Source: Vicinamibacterales bacterium
GTDB lineage: Bacteria > Acidobacteriota > Vicinamibacteria > Vicinamibacterales > UBA2999
Assembly: GCA_050183355.1 (NCBI GenBank)
Contig: JBFXBH010000001.1
Location: 38,840 to 102,839 of the forward strand
Length of the DNA stretch: 64,000 nucleotides
Reading direction: 5' to 3'
In this document: one piece after another, positions 51,106 to 59,443 of the stretch
Position numbering within the stretch: position 1 is the first letter of the stretch
Layout of the letters: the number at the start of each line of letters is the position of its first letter
Position numbers and translations under genes: made by a program
Notes under the pieces: model-generated
Told to the model about the DNA's origin: nothing
Seen by the model: only the letters and a program-made list of their open reading frames with translations
Databases searched by the model: none

Positions 51106-53427
51106 TCAGGACTGCCGCAGATAGTCGCGCGCGGCCCTGGGGCCCCGCGTCGGTCGCCAGTGCGTCGCGCGCGCCCGCGGGCGCTTCAGCGCCAGCTCGT
51201 CCCGCCCGCTCAGCCTGAAGAACAGGCCGAACGGGGTGAAGATCAGATAGTAGATCGCGGCCAGGACGACACGGGACAGGACCGCCCCCACGGGAGCGGT
51301 GACGGCCAGCGCCACGCGATAGAACGGCCGGACCACCGCCGGCCAGAGGCCGCCCACCAGGGCGAGCGCAACACCCGCGCCGGCGGTCGACGTCACGGTG
51401 GGCGTCACCCCGGTGCGCCAGCCCGTCCATCCGGCGAGTCCGACGAGCAGGCTCGCGCCGATCAGGGCGAACTGCCTGACCGTCCGATCGGAATCGCCCG
51501 GGCCGGCCGGCCGCGCCAGCACGGGGTCAACCGCCGACCCCTCGCCAGCCGTCAGCCGCCGCCACGCCCGTACACCGGGGCCGGGTGCGGCGTCCTTCCC
51601 GGGCCTCCGGCCGTTTGGAGGCGTGAAGGGAGGCTGCGCCGGCTTGAGAAGCAGGATGTCCTCCAACACGAGCGCGTCCATTTCCGACTGCATGAACGTG
51701 GCGTAGGCTTCCGCGGGCGTCAGCACGATCGGTTCCCAGGAGAGGTTGAAGCTGGTATTGACGACAATCGGGCAGCCGGTCAGCGTGAAGAACCGCTGCA
51801 TCAGACGGTGCAGCCTGCCATGCCGTTCATCGACCGTCTGTATCCGCGCGCTGTAGTCCACGTGCGTCACCGCCGGAATCACGCTTCGGGGAACGTTGAC
51901 GCGACGAATCAGATCCGGATCATCGCGAAGCGTCCTGGCGTCGTCCGGCGAGAGGGGCACGCGCCTGCGCTCCGCGATCGGCGCCACGAGCAGCATGTAG
52001 GGCGACTCTTCGTCGGGCCGCGTGTCGAACCACTCGGAGACGTGCTCCTTGAGCACGCAGGGCGCAAACGGCCGGAACCCCTCACGGAACTTGATCTTGA
52101 GGTTCAATGACGCCTGCGTATCCGTCCGGCGTGGATCCGCCAGAATGCTGCGCGCGCCCAGTGCGCGTGGACCGAACTCGGCACGCCCCTGAAACCAGCC
52201 GACGATCTTGCCGTCTCCAAGCAGTCCGGCCACACGGTCTAGCAGGACCGCCTCGTCCGCGACAGCTTCGTACACGGCCTGCTTCGCATCGAGCGCCGCG
52301 CGGATCTCCGCACCTGTATAGGCCGGCCCGAGGTAGCTGGCCTGTTGTCGATCCTGTCCGGTGGCGGCCCGCGGATGCTCCAGCAACTGGTGCCACACGT
52401 GCAACGCCGCGCCCAGCGCGCCTCCAGCGTCGCCGGCGGCCGGCTGGATCCAGATCCGGTCGAAGGGCCCTTCGCGCAGGAGCCGGCCATTGGCCACGCA
52501 GTTGAGAGCCACGCCACCGGCCATCACGAGATTCCGCTGCCCGGTGGCCGCGTGCGCGTGACGCCCGATCCGCAACAGGCATTCTTCCGTGACCTTCTGG
52601 ATGCTGGCCGCGATGTCCATATGCCGCTGTTCCAGCCGTCCGTCCGGCGCCCTGGGTGGCCCGCCGAACAGGACATGGAAACGGTCGCTGGTCATGCGCA
52701 GGCCCGCGGCGTACTGAAAGTACGTCTGGTCCATCCAGAAGCTGCCGTCGGCCTTGAGGTCGATGAGGTGATCGAGGATCACGTCCACGTAGCGTGGCTG
52801 TCCGTAGGGCGCCAGGCCCATCAGTTTGTATTCGCCGCTGTTGACCGCGAAGCCGCAGTAATACGTGAAGGCTGAGTAGAGCAGTCCCAGGGAGTGCGGG
52901 AACCGGATCTCGTGCGAGAGCTCGATGGCCCGCCCACGACCGCAGCCGATCGTCGCCGTACTCCACTCGCCGACACCGTCCACCGTGACGATGGCCGCCT
53001 CCTCGAACGGCGACGGAAAGAACGCGCTCGCCGCGTGACTTTCGTGATGGTCGAGAAACACGACGGGCGCACGGAGGGCGGTGCCGAGTTCGCGTCGGAT
53101 CACGCGGCGGAGGAAGAGCTTTGTCGTCAGCCACGGCGGCATGGCCGCGGAGAAACTCGACAGGCCACGCGGCGCGTGGGCGAGATACGTTTCAAGCAGA
53201 CGCTCGAACTTGACCAGCGGCTTGTCGTAGAACGCGACGTAGTCGAGATCGCGCGCCGTCAGCCCGGCCGTTCGGAGGCAGTAGGCGACCGCCTGGGCGG
53301 GAAACGCCGGATCGTTCTTGATCCGGGTGAACCGCTCCTCCTGCGCGGCGGCGACAATCTCGCCGTCCGCCACCAGGCACGCCGCGCTGTCGTGAAAGAA
53401 GGCCGAGAGCCCGAGTATCGCGGTCAC
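51106..53427 (-). CDS. NodU/CmcH-family carbamoyltransferase fused to a C-terminal ~130-aa multi-TM domain, ~773 aa
   Basis: ORF 51106-53526 trimmed to GTG 53427 (GTGA overlap with the fcl stop). ILGLSAFFHDSAACLV, EERFTRIKND, DHHESHAASAF, GGVALNCVANG, VNTSFN. The tail has 3-4 hydrophobic segments (FALIGASLLVGLAGW.., AAIYYLIFTPFGLFF). Confidence 0.85.
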   Translation of the reverse strand: MTAILGLSAFFHDSAACLVADGEIVAAAQEERFTRIKNDPAFPAQAVAYCLRTAGLTARDLDYVAFYDKPLVKFERLLETYLAHAPRGLSSFSAAMPPWLTTKLFLRRVIRRELGTALRAPVVFLDHHESHAASAFFPSPFEEAAIVTVDGVGEWSTATIGCGRGRAIELSHEIRFPHSLGLLYSAFTYYCGFAVNSGEYKLMGLAPYGQPRYVDVILDHLIDLKADGSFWMDQTYFQYAAGLRMTSDRFHVLFGGPPRAPDGRLEQRHMDIAASIQKVTEECLLRIGRHAHAATGQRNLVMAGGVALNCVANGRLLREGPFDRIWIQPAAGDAGGALGAALHVWHQLLEHPRAATGQDRQQASYLGPAYTGAEIRAALDAKQAVYEAVADEAVLLDRVAGLLGDGKIVGWFQGRAEFGPRALGARSILADPRRTDTQASLNLKIKFREGFRPFAPCVLKEHVSEWFDTRPDEESPYMLLVAPIAERRRVPLSPDDARTLRDDPDLIRRVNVPRSVIPAVTHVDYSARIQTVDERHGRLHRLMQRFFTLTGCPIVVNTSFNLSWEPIVLTPAEAYATFMQSEMDALVLEDILLLKPAQPPFTPPNGRRPGKDAAPGPGVRAWRRLTAGEGSAVDPVLARPAGPGDSDRTVRQFALIGASLLVGLAGWTGWRTGVTPTVTSTAGAGVALALVGGLWPAVVRPFYRVALAVTAPVGAVLSRVVLAAIYYLIFTPFGLFFRLSGRDELALKRPRARATHWRPTRGPRAARDYLRQS

Positions 53428-54383
53428 GCGAGGCTGGCGCGGGCCGCGCCCTGGGCGAGACCATGCTCCAGAAACCACCGGTAGGTGGACCGGATCCCGT
53501 CGGGCAGGTCGACGCGGTGCCGCCACCCGAGGCGGTGAATACGCGAGACATCGAGAAGCTTCCGCGGCGCGCCGTCGGGCTTGGAGGTGTCGAAGTCAAG
53601 CGCCGCGCCTGGATACACGACATCCCGCACGAGTGCCGCCAGCTCGGCAATCGAGACGTCCTCGCCCGTGCCGACGTTGATGTGGGGGCGGTCGCTGTAC
53701 TGCTGCATCAGGAAGACGCAGGCGTCCGCCAGATCGTCCACATGCAGGAACTCCCGGCGCGGACGTCCGGTGCCCCAGATCGTCACGGTCCCCGCGCCTT
53801 TCTCCTTCGCCTCGTGACACTTCCGGATCAGCGCAGGCACGACGTGCGACGCGGTCAGATCGAAGTTGTCACCGGGCCCGTACAGGTTGGTCGGCATCGC
53901 CGAGATGAAGTCGCATCCGTACTGCCGGCGGTACGCCTCGCAGATCTTGATGCCGGCGATCTTCGCCACCGCATAGGGTTCGTTGGTCGGCTCGAGGAGT
54001 CCCGTCAGCAAGGCCTCCTCCGCCATCGGCTGCGGCGCCTCACGCGGGTAGATGCACGAGCTGCCGAGATACAGCAGCTTCCTGACGCCGTGCTGGTACG
54101 CGGCGTGGACCACCGTGGCGTGGATCATCATGTTGTCGTAGATGAACTCGGCCGGGCGCGTGGAGTTCGCCAGGATGCCGCCGACCGTCCCTGCGACCAG
54201 GAACACATACTCGGGACGGTTCACGCGGAACCAGTCGTCGACGGCGGCCTGATTCCGCAGGTCGAGCCGGTCGCGCGTGGCCGTCAGGAGCGACGAATAG
54301 CCCTCGGCGTTCAGGCGCCGGACGACTGCGGAACCCACGAGCCCCCGGTGACCGCTGACGAAGATGCGGCTGGCACGCTCCAT
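53424..54383 (-). CDS. fcl: GDP-L-fucose synthase (GDP-4-keto-6-deoxymannose 3,5-epimerase/4-reductase)
   Basis: Full ORF, 319 aa. IFVSGHRGLVGSA, LYLGSSCIYP, EPYAVAKIAG, PTNLYGPGDNF, GTGRPRREFLHVDDLA. Confidence 0.9.
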   Translation of the reverse strand: MERASRIFVSGHRGLVGSAVVRRLNAEGYSSLLTATRDRLDLRNQAAVDDWFRVNRPEYVFLVAGTVGGILANSTRPAEFIYDNMMIHATVVHAAYQHGVRKLLYLGSSCIYPREAPQPMAEEALLTGLLEPTNEPYAVAKIAGIKICEAYRRQYGCDFISAMPTNLYGPGDNFDLTASHVVPALIRKCHEAKEKGAGTVTIWGTGRPRREFLHVDDLADACVFLMQQYSDRPHINVGTGEDVSIAELAALVRDVVYPGAALDFDTSKPDGAPRKLLDVSRIHRLGWRHRVDLPDGIRSTYRWFLEHGLAQGAARASLA

Positions 54384-54396
54384 GAGGAAACCTATT

Positions 54397-54867
54397 CTAG
54401 CGGTTGCGGGCCTTCACTGCCGCGCGGGTCTCGCGGTCAACCTCGCGACGCCGGATCGTTTCGCGCTTGTCGTGGAGCTGCTTGCCCCTGGCGAGCGCGA
54501 CGGCAACCTTCACGCGGCCGTCCTTGAAGTACATCCGGAGAGGCACGAGGGTCAGCCCCTTCTCGGCCACCTTGCCGGTCAGTTTCCGGATCTCGGCCTT
54601 GTGCAGCAGCAGCTTCCGCTGCCGCCGATCTTCGTGCGAGGCATACCCGCTGTGGCTGTACGGGCCGATGTGCAGGTTCAGCAGCCACACCTCGCCGTTG
54701 TCGAGCCTGGCGTAGCTGTCCCGGAGGTTTACGCTGCCTTCCCGGATGGACTTGACCTCCGTTCCGAGCAGCACGACCCCCGCCTCGAACGTGTCGAGGA
54801 CGTGGTAATCGTGCAGGGCCTTACGGTTATCCGCGATGAGGCGGCCGGCGTCGTCCTTCTCGGGCAC
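54397..54867 (-). CDS. smpB: SsrA-binding protein SmpB
   Basis: Full ORF, 156 aa. IADNRKALHDYHVLDTFEAGVVLLGTEVKS, RKLLLHKAEIRKL, GLTLVPLRMYF. Confidence 0.95.
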   Translation of the reverse strand: MPEKDDAGRLIADNRKALHDYHVLDTFEAGVVLLGTEVKSIREGSVNLRDSYARLDNGEVWLLNLHIGPYSHSGYASHEDRRQRKLLLHKAEIRKLTGKVAEKGLTLVPLRMYFKDGRVKVAVALARGKQLHDKRETIRRREVDRETRAAVKARNR

Positions 54868-55037
54868 GGCACCCGGCTCAGTATCCGCCGACCCCGGTCG
54901 TCTTCAGACGGTCGCGAACCTCGTCCACGCGGACGCGGGCGCGGCACACGACGCGCGGTTCGAGGGTTTCCGCCAGCGTACGGAGTCGCGTCATCACGCC
55001 CATGGTCGTCGTTGAGAATAGCACGCGCGATCGCGCG

Positions 55038-56741
55038 CTATCGAAGGCAGGGCCAGCCTGTATCGCGATAGGTCCCGCGCACCTCACGGTCCCGCCTCAC
55101 GAAGAGCTTCACGCGGCTGCCATTGCCGAGGTCGACGTCACCATGCTCGCGAAAGCCGATTCGGAGCCACGCGTCGATTCGCGGCATCTCCCGCTCGATG
55201 CCGCCGTAATCGTCGCCGGCCGGCATGATGGCGAGCGGCACGCGCTGGCGCTGCAGGCGCTCCACGGCCAGCTGTTGCTCGGGGCCTGTCTTGTAGAAAC
55301 TGGGACGAAGGTCGGCATGGCCGGCCGGAAACGGCCTCCGCGCCAGCGCATGCACCTCCGCCATGTACGGGGAGATGAAGACGCGGTCGTCGTCCGCCGT
55401 GCAGTCACGCACGTAGTAGATCAGCCGTGACGTGCCGCCGCGATCGCGATCCAGCCAGCCCTCGAGCGGCCATGTCACGAGACGCTGGCGCATGGCGATG
55501 GCGCGGTCGTACGCGCCTAACGGCCGATCCAGCATGCCCGTGTTGTCCAGGCGCGTGCGCACAGGCGGGAAGAGCACGAAGACCGTGCCGGCGAGCACCG
55601 CCAGCGTCATGGTCGCCGTGGCCACGCGGAGGACAAACGGTCCGGTCGTCACGCGGCGCAGCGCCGTCCGCAGGAGCCACGCGGCGCACACGGCCGTCGT
55701 GACACCGACATCGCCGAATCGGATCGCGAGATTCCCCCGGATGAAGCCCCAGAAAAGGAGGAGTCCCAACCCCGCCACGACGATGAGCTTCTGGCGTGCA
55801 TGCGGCCAGTCGTTGCGCGACTCGACGCTGCCTGCCTGACCGGCAAGCGTCGCCAACGGCAGCGCCAACAGCAGCCAGAACAGCCACGGCTCGTAGTTGC
55901 GGGCGGCCTGTTCGAACACACCCCGCTCCCACCAGTCGGCATCGTCGGGCACCCGATCCTCATCGGACTGCGGAGTGAGCGCAAAGGCCGGCAGAATCAG
56001 CGGCGCACGCTCGCGGTCGCGCTGCGAATAGGAGTTCGCCGTCCGGACGTGTGTCAGCACGCCTCCGTTCAGCTGCAACCAGCCCAGATACGGCAGGGCG
56101 CAGGCCACGGTCAGCAGCCCGTACGCGGCCAGGTGCTTGAGACGCGGCAGCCAGCCGACATGCGTCTGCAGCAGGATCGTCGCCACGCAGGCGAGACCGA
56201 TGAACGCGCCGTGGTCGTGCCGGAGGAGCAACGCCACGACGCTGAACACGGCCAACGCGATGCGCTTCTTCGTGGTCGGCGCGTCGACGTACGACCAGAG
56301 CAGCGGGAACGCCGCGGCATAGATCAACACCTTGGGATAGTTGTAATAGCGCGGAAGCAGCACGGCCTGAAAGACGGCGGCACCCAGGCCGACGAGGGTG
56401 GAGCCTGATGCCCGTCGGGCCGCCCAGAACGTCAGGGCCGTCGCGATCGAGAGCATCGTGACCGTGAAGAGGATCTCCGAGCCCGTACCGCGGCCCCCAA
56501 CGACCTGCGTCAGCGCGGCGAGCACGAAGGTGAGCGGCGCTCCCGGGTCCACGAAATCGCGATCGGGCCACTCGCCGTACAGAATCTGCCACCCACGCGT
56601 GAGGTAGAAGAAGTGGTCGTCACTGAGGCCCGCAACCGGCCCGTCAAGGTCGACGTAGCGATAGAGCCAGGACCAGACAAACACCGCGATCCCTACCAGG
56701 CTGGCGACCGCCCCTCCCAGCGTCACAGCTGTCTTCTTCAT
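55038..56741 (-). CDS. Polytopic membrane protein with ~170-aa C-terminal extracytoplasmic domain (GT-C-like or polymerase-like candidate), ~567 aa
   Basis: ORF 55038-56852 trimmed to ATG 56741 (MKKTAVTLGG; ATGA overlap). At least 10 hydrophobic segments and a soluble tail (RLIYYVRDCTADDDRVF..). Confidence 0.65.
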   Translation of the reverse strand: MKKTAVTLGGAVASLVGIAVFVWSWLYRYVDLDGPVAGLSDDHFFYLTRGWQILYGEWPDRDFVDPGAPLTFVLAALTQVVGGRGTGSEILFTVTMLSIATALTFWAARRASGSTLVGLGAAVFQAVLLPRYYNYPKVLIYAAAFPLLWSYVDAPTTKKRIALAVFSVVALLLRHDHGAFIGLACVATILLQTHVGWLPRLKHLAAYGLLTVACALPYLGWLQLNGGVLTHVRTANSYSQRDRERAPLILPAFALTPQSDEDRVPDDADWWERGVFEQAARNYEPWLFWLLLALPLATLAGQAGSVESRNDWPHARQKLIVVAGLGLLLFWGFIRGNLAIRFGDVGVTTAVCAAWLLRTALRRVTTGPFVLRVATATMTLAVLAGTVFVLFPPVRTRLDNTGMLDRPLGAYDRAIAMRQRLVTWPLEGWLDRDRGGTSRLIYYVRDCTADDDRVFISPYMAEVHALARRPFPAGHADLRPSFYKTGPEQQLAVERLQRQRVPLAIMPAGDDYGGIEREMPRIDAWLRIGFREHGDVDLGNGSRVKLFVRRDREVRGTYRDTGWPCLR

Positions 56742-57217
56742 GGCGAGATCCTCGGATAGCGCACGTCCGCGCAGTCCGCGGGCGGCTCGAAACCCTCCCG
56801 CGCGCGCAACCACTCCTGGGCATCGATGTTCCGCTGGGACACGGCGAGGCACCAGAGCACCGGCATCTGGGCCGTCCCGAGCCGAGCGCCGCCGGCCACC
56901 AGATACGCCATCACACTGACGTGCCGGGATGTCATCGCTGCCTCAAGGGGGGTCATGGCCGCGTTTACGGCGCGGATCCGTGTCCGCCGCACGCGCTCGG
57001 CCCGGTTCGGATCGGCCCCGGCCCGCAGCAGGCGGACCACATCCGCGTCGCTCTCGAGAGCCGCGGCTTCGGGAAGCGTCATGCGCTCCGCGGATGAGAA
57101 CGGGGCGACCTCGATTACGCGCAGCAGCAGCGCGAGAGCGATGACGACCGCCAGCAGCCCACCCGGAAGTCCGATTGCGAGCGCGGCGACACTCGGGCGT
57201 TGCGGCCGGCTGTTCAT
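56738..57217 (-). CDS. Signal-anchored ankyrin-repeat-like protein, ~159 aa
   Basis: Only the last 159 codons of ORF 56738-58846 are used (the rest overlaps the 57214-58644 gene out of frame). MNSRPQRPSVAALAIGLPGGLLAVVIALALLL, then TLPEAAALESDADVVRLLRAGADPN and MTPLEAAMTSRHVSVMAYLVAGGARL (ANK-like). ATGA overlaps at both ends. Confidence 0.5.
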   Translation of the reverse strand: MNSRPQRPSVAALAIGLPGGLLAVVIALALLLRVIEVAPFSSAERMTLPEAAALESDADVVRLLRAGADPNRAERVRRTRIRAVNAAMTPLEAAMTSRHVSVMAYLVAGGARLGTAQMPVLWCLAVSQRNIDAQEWLRAREGFEPPADCADVRYPRISP

Positions 57218-58644
57218 CGGAACACCCGTGTGCCCTGCAGGGCCAGACCGTAGGGGTTGCCCGTCACGCGGGCCAGCGCATCGTCCCGCAGCGTCTCCAC
57301 GAGCCGCCGGCCGGCGTCGGTCGAGGGCGACGCCCGCTGGGCCGCGAGCCACGCGTCCACCGTGACCCACTCGTTCCGGACATCGTGCGCCATCTGGTGC
57401 AGGTGATAGTGCAGCCCGACCGCGCGGACGGCCCAGCCGCCCGAGACCACCAGCAGGACCGCCAGCAGCGTCAGGCGCATCGGGCTCGACACGCCAGGCA
57501 CGCGCTCCCGGCCCTCGGCGCGCGCCGCGAGCCACTCCCGGGCCGCCGCCGTCGCCGCCAGCGCGTAGAACGCGCCGGCCACGCTCATGATCTCGTCCTT
57601 CGTGTATCCGTACGACAGCACCGCGTTCGCGACGACGAGCACACCGGCGAGGATGGCCGCCCGATCGCCCCGGTCGAACCGGCGGAGGCGCCACGCCGCC
57701 CACCGGCGCACGGCCCACACGGCGAGACCGGCTGTCGTCACGAGCGACACGGCGATGTTCATCAGCGTCCCCGGCTGCACGCCGCCCTCCCGCGCCTCGG
57801 CCACCAGCGTCCAGACGCCCGCGCGCGGCTGCGAGGCCAGCACCGAGCCGATCGATGAGACGACGTTGTAGGCATACAGCACGAACGGCCGGTCGCCGAA
57901 CCGGCGCGTCAGCTCGGCCGGGTCCAGGCGCGCGGCGCCGAAGCCCGTGCTGCGCTCGACCAGGGTGGGCAGGCCGGTCGAGAATCCGAACCGGACGGCC
58001 GCGTACCCGGCGAGCAGGACCGTGAGCACCACGATCCCCCGTCGCGAGAGCCCGGGTGCGCCACACCACCAGGCCACGACGGCGACGACCCAGACGAGCA
58101 GGCCCGACTCCAGCGTCAGCGCCGCGGCGACGAGCGCGAGCGCCGCCAGCGCGTCCGCCCACCAGCCGCCGGGCGACTCGGCGAGCACGTAGACGCACAG
58201 GCACGCCACGACCACTTCGAGGAAGTGGTTGATCGGGTACGCCTCCCAGACGGTGCCGAGGAAGGTGTGCAGCCCCGTCAGCACCGTCAGGCCGAACGCG
58301 AGCGCCCAGAGGTCCGCCGACTGCCGCACGCGCACGGCGATCGTGAACAGCGCCAGGCATACGCAGGTGAGCGCCACGTGAAAGCCGCGAAAGACCTCGA
58401 AGTACCGGCCATCGGCCACGTCGAACAGCCACTGGATCTGGCCGATACGCAGCGGACGCAGGTACCCCGCCGAGTCGGCGCTGCTCATCACGGCGGCGCG
58501 CCACGACGCCGCCTCCTGCGCCTGGAGGAGCGGAATCAGACTGTCGGTGACCTGAACCGGGATCGTGAGCAGGCCGGCGCCGAGCCCCGCGGCATAGATG
58601 CCGGTGAGGAGCCACGCGGCCGCGCGGATGCGGGTTCCCGTCAC
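57214..58644 (-). CDS. Polytopic membrane protein (about 10-12 TM; O-antigen polymerase/ligase-like or GT-C-like candidate), ~476 aa
   Basis: ORF 57214-59124 trimmed to GTG 58644 (GTGA overlap with the GT2 stop). Hydrophobic throughout (AAAWLLTGIYAAGLGAGLL, VALTCVCLALFTIAV, LVWVVAVVAWW..). Confidence 0.65.
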   Translation of the reverse strand: MTGTRIRAAAWLLTGIYAAGLGAGLLTIPVQVTDSLIPLLQAQEAASWRAAVMSSADSAGYLRPLRIGQIQWLFDVADGRYFEVFRGFHVALTCVCLALFTIAVRVRQSADLWALAFGLTVLTGLHTFLGTVWEAYPINHFLEVVVACLCVYVLAESPGGWWADALAALALVAAALTLESGLLVWVVAVVAWWCGAPGLSRRGIVVLTVLLAGYAAVRFGFSTGLPTLVERSTGFGAARLDPAELTRRFGDRPFVLYAYNVVSSIGSVLASQPRAGVWTLVAEAREGGVQPGTLMNIAVSLVTTAGLAVWAVRRWAAWRLRRFDRGDRAAILAGVLVVANAVLSYGYTKDEIMSVAGAFYALAATAAAREWLAARAEGRERVPGVSSPMRLTLLAVLLVVSGGWAVRAVGLHYHLHQMAHDVRNEWVTVDAWLAAQRASPSTDAGRRLVETLRDDALARVTGNPYGLALQGTRVFR

Positions 58645-59432
58645 GAAGCGCGGCGGCCGCCCCGCGCGGGATAGCGGCCGAGCAGTTGATTCCAGCGCAC
58701 GCGCAGCAGGTCCACGAAGCCGGCGCCGCCGGCCAGGGCGGTAACCTTCGTGCTGGCGCGATACGTCCACGTGACCGGCACTTCGCGCACGGTGAACCCG
58801 GCACGGCCCGCGAGAAACAGAATCTCGCAGTCGAAGCCGAAGCCATCGAGCCGCTGCAGCGGAAAGAGCGTGGTCGCCGCCTCGGCGCTGAACAGCTTGT
58901 AGCCGCACTGCGTATCCGAGAGCCCGCCGACGACCAGCAGCTTCGCGGCGATGTTGAAGGCGCGCCCCAGCGCGTGCCGGTGCCACGGCTCCTCGATCCG
59001 CTCCGCGCCGGCGGCTTCCCGCGAGCCGATCAGGATGTCCGCCGCGGGCACACCCGGTCCGGGCAGGAACCGCGAGAGCTCGTGGATCGGCATCGAGAGG
59101 TCGGCGTCGGCGAGAAAGCGCCACGTGCCGGCCGCCTCGATCATGCCGCGCCGGACGGCGCCGCCCTTGCCGAGGTGCGGCGCGGCGATCAGCCGGACGC
59201 GCGGGTCGGCCTCCTGCCGGCGGCTCACGATCTCGCGCGTGCGGTCGGTGCTGCCGTCATCGACGACGAGCACTTCCCACGTGTGTCCCAGCCGGTCGAG
59301 CTCAGCCACGACGTCTGCCAGCGTCTGATCGATGCAGGCCTCCTCGTTGTACGCGGGGATGACGATCGAAATGAACGGCGCGGGCACCACCGGAATTGTA
59401 GTCTCGCGCCACGCCGCGGCCCCTTTTTGCAT
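58641..59432 (-). CDS. GT2-family glycosyltransferase (polyprenyl/dolichyl-phosphate hexose synthase-like), 263 aa
   Basis: Full ORF. ISIVIPAYNEE, VLVVDDGSTDRT, GKGGAVRRGM, LADADLS, QCGYKLF. Confidence 0.85.
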   Translation of the reverse strand: MQKGAAAWRETTIPVVPAPFISIVIPAYNEEACIDQTLADVVAELDRLGHTWEVLVVDDGSTDRTREIVSRRQEADPRVRLIAAPHLGKGGAVRRGMIEAAGTWRFLADADLSMPIHELSRFLPGPGVPAADILIGSREAAGAERIEEPWHRHALGRAFNIAAKLLVVGGLSDTQCGYKLFSAEAATTLFPLQRLDGFGFDCEILFLAGRAGFTVREVPVTWTYRASTKVTALAGGAGFVDLLRVRWNQLLGRYPARGGRRAS

Positions 59433-59443
59433 ATCCTGAGTCC

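Noticed and set aside
54878-55087. 69-aa minus-strand ORF between the membrane-protein gene and smpB (possible 38-41-aa core MTRLRTLAETLEPRVVCRARVRVDEVRDRLKTTGVGGY)
   Set aside because: GC3 is high, so it could be coding. However it has no motif, no clear RBS and overlaps the end of 55038-56741. The evidence is not enough to call it, though it is worth a proteomics check.
57218-58846. N-terminal 540 codons of ORF 56738-58846
   Set aside because: This stretch overlaps the hydrophobic, TM-rich frame of 57214-58644 out of frame and is R/G/A-rich. Only the last 159 codons, which begin at an ATGA junction, look real.
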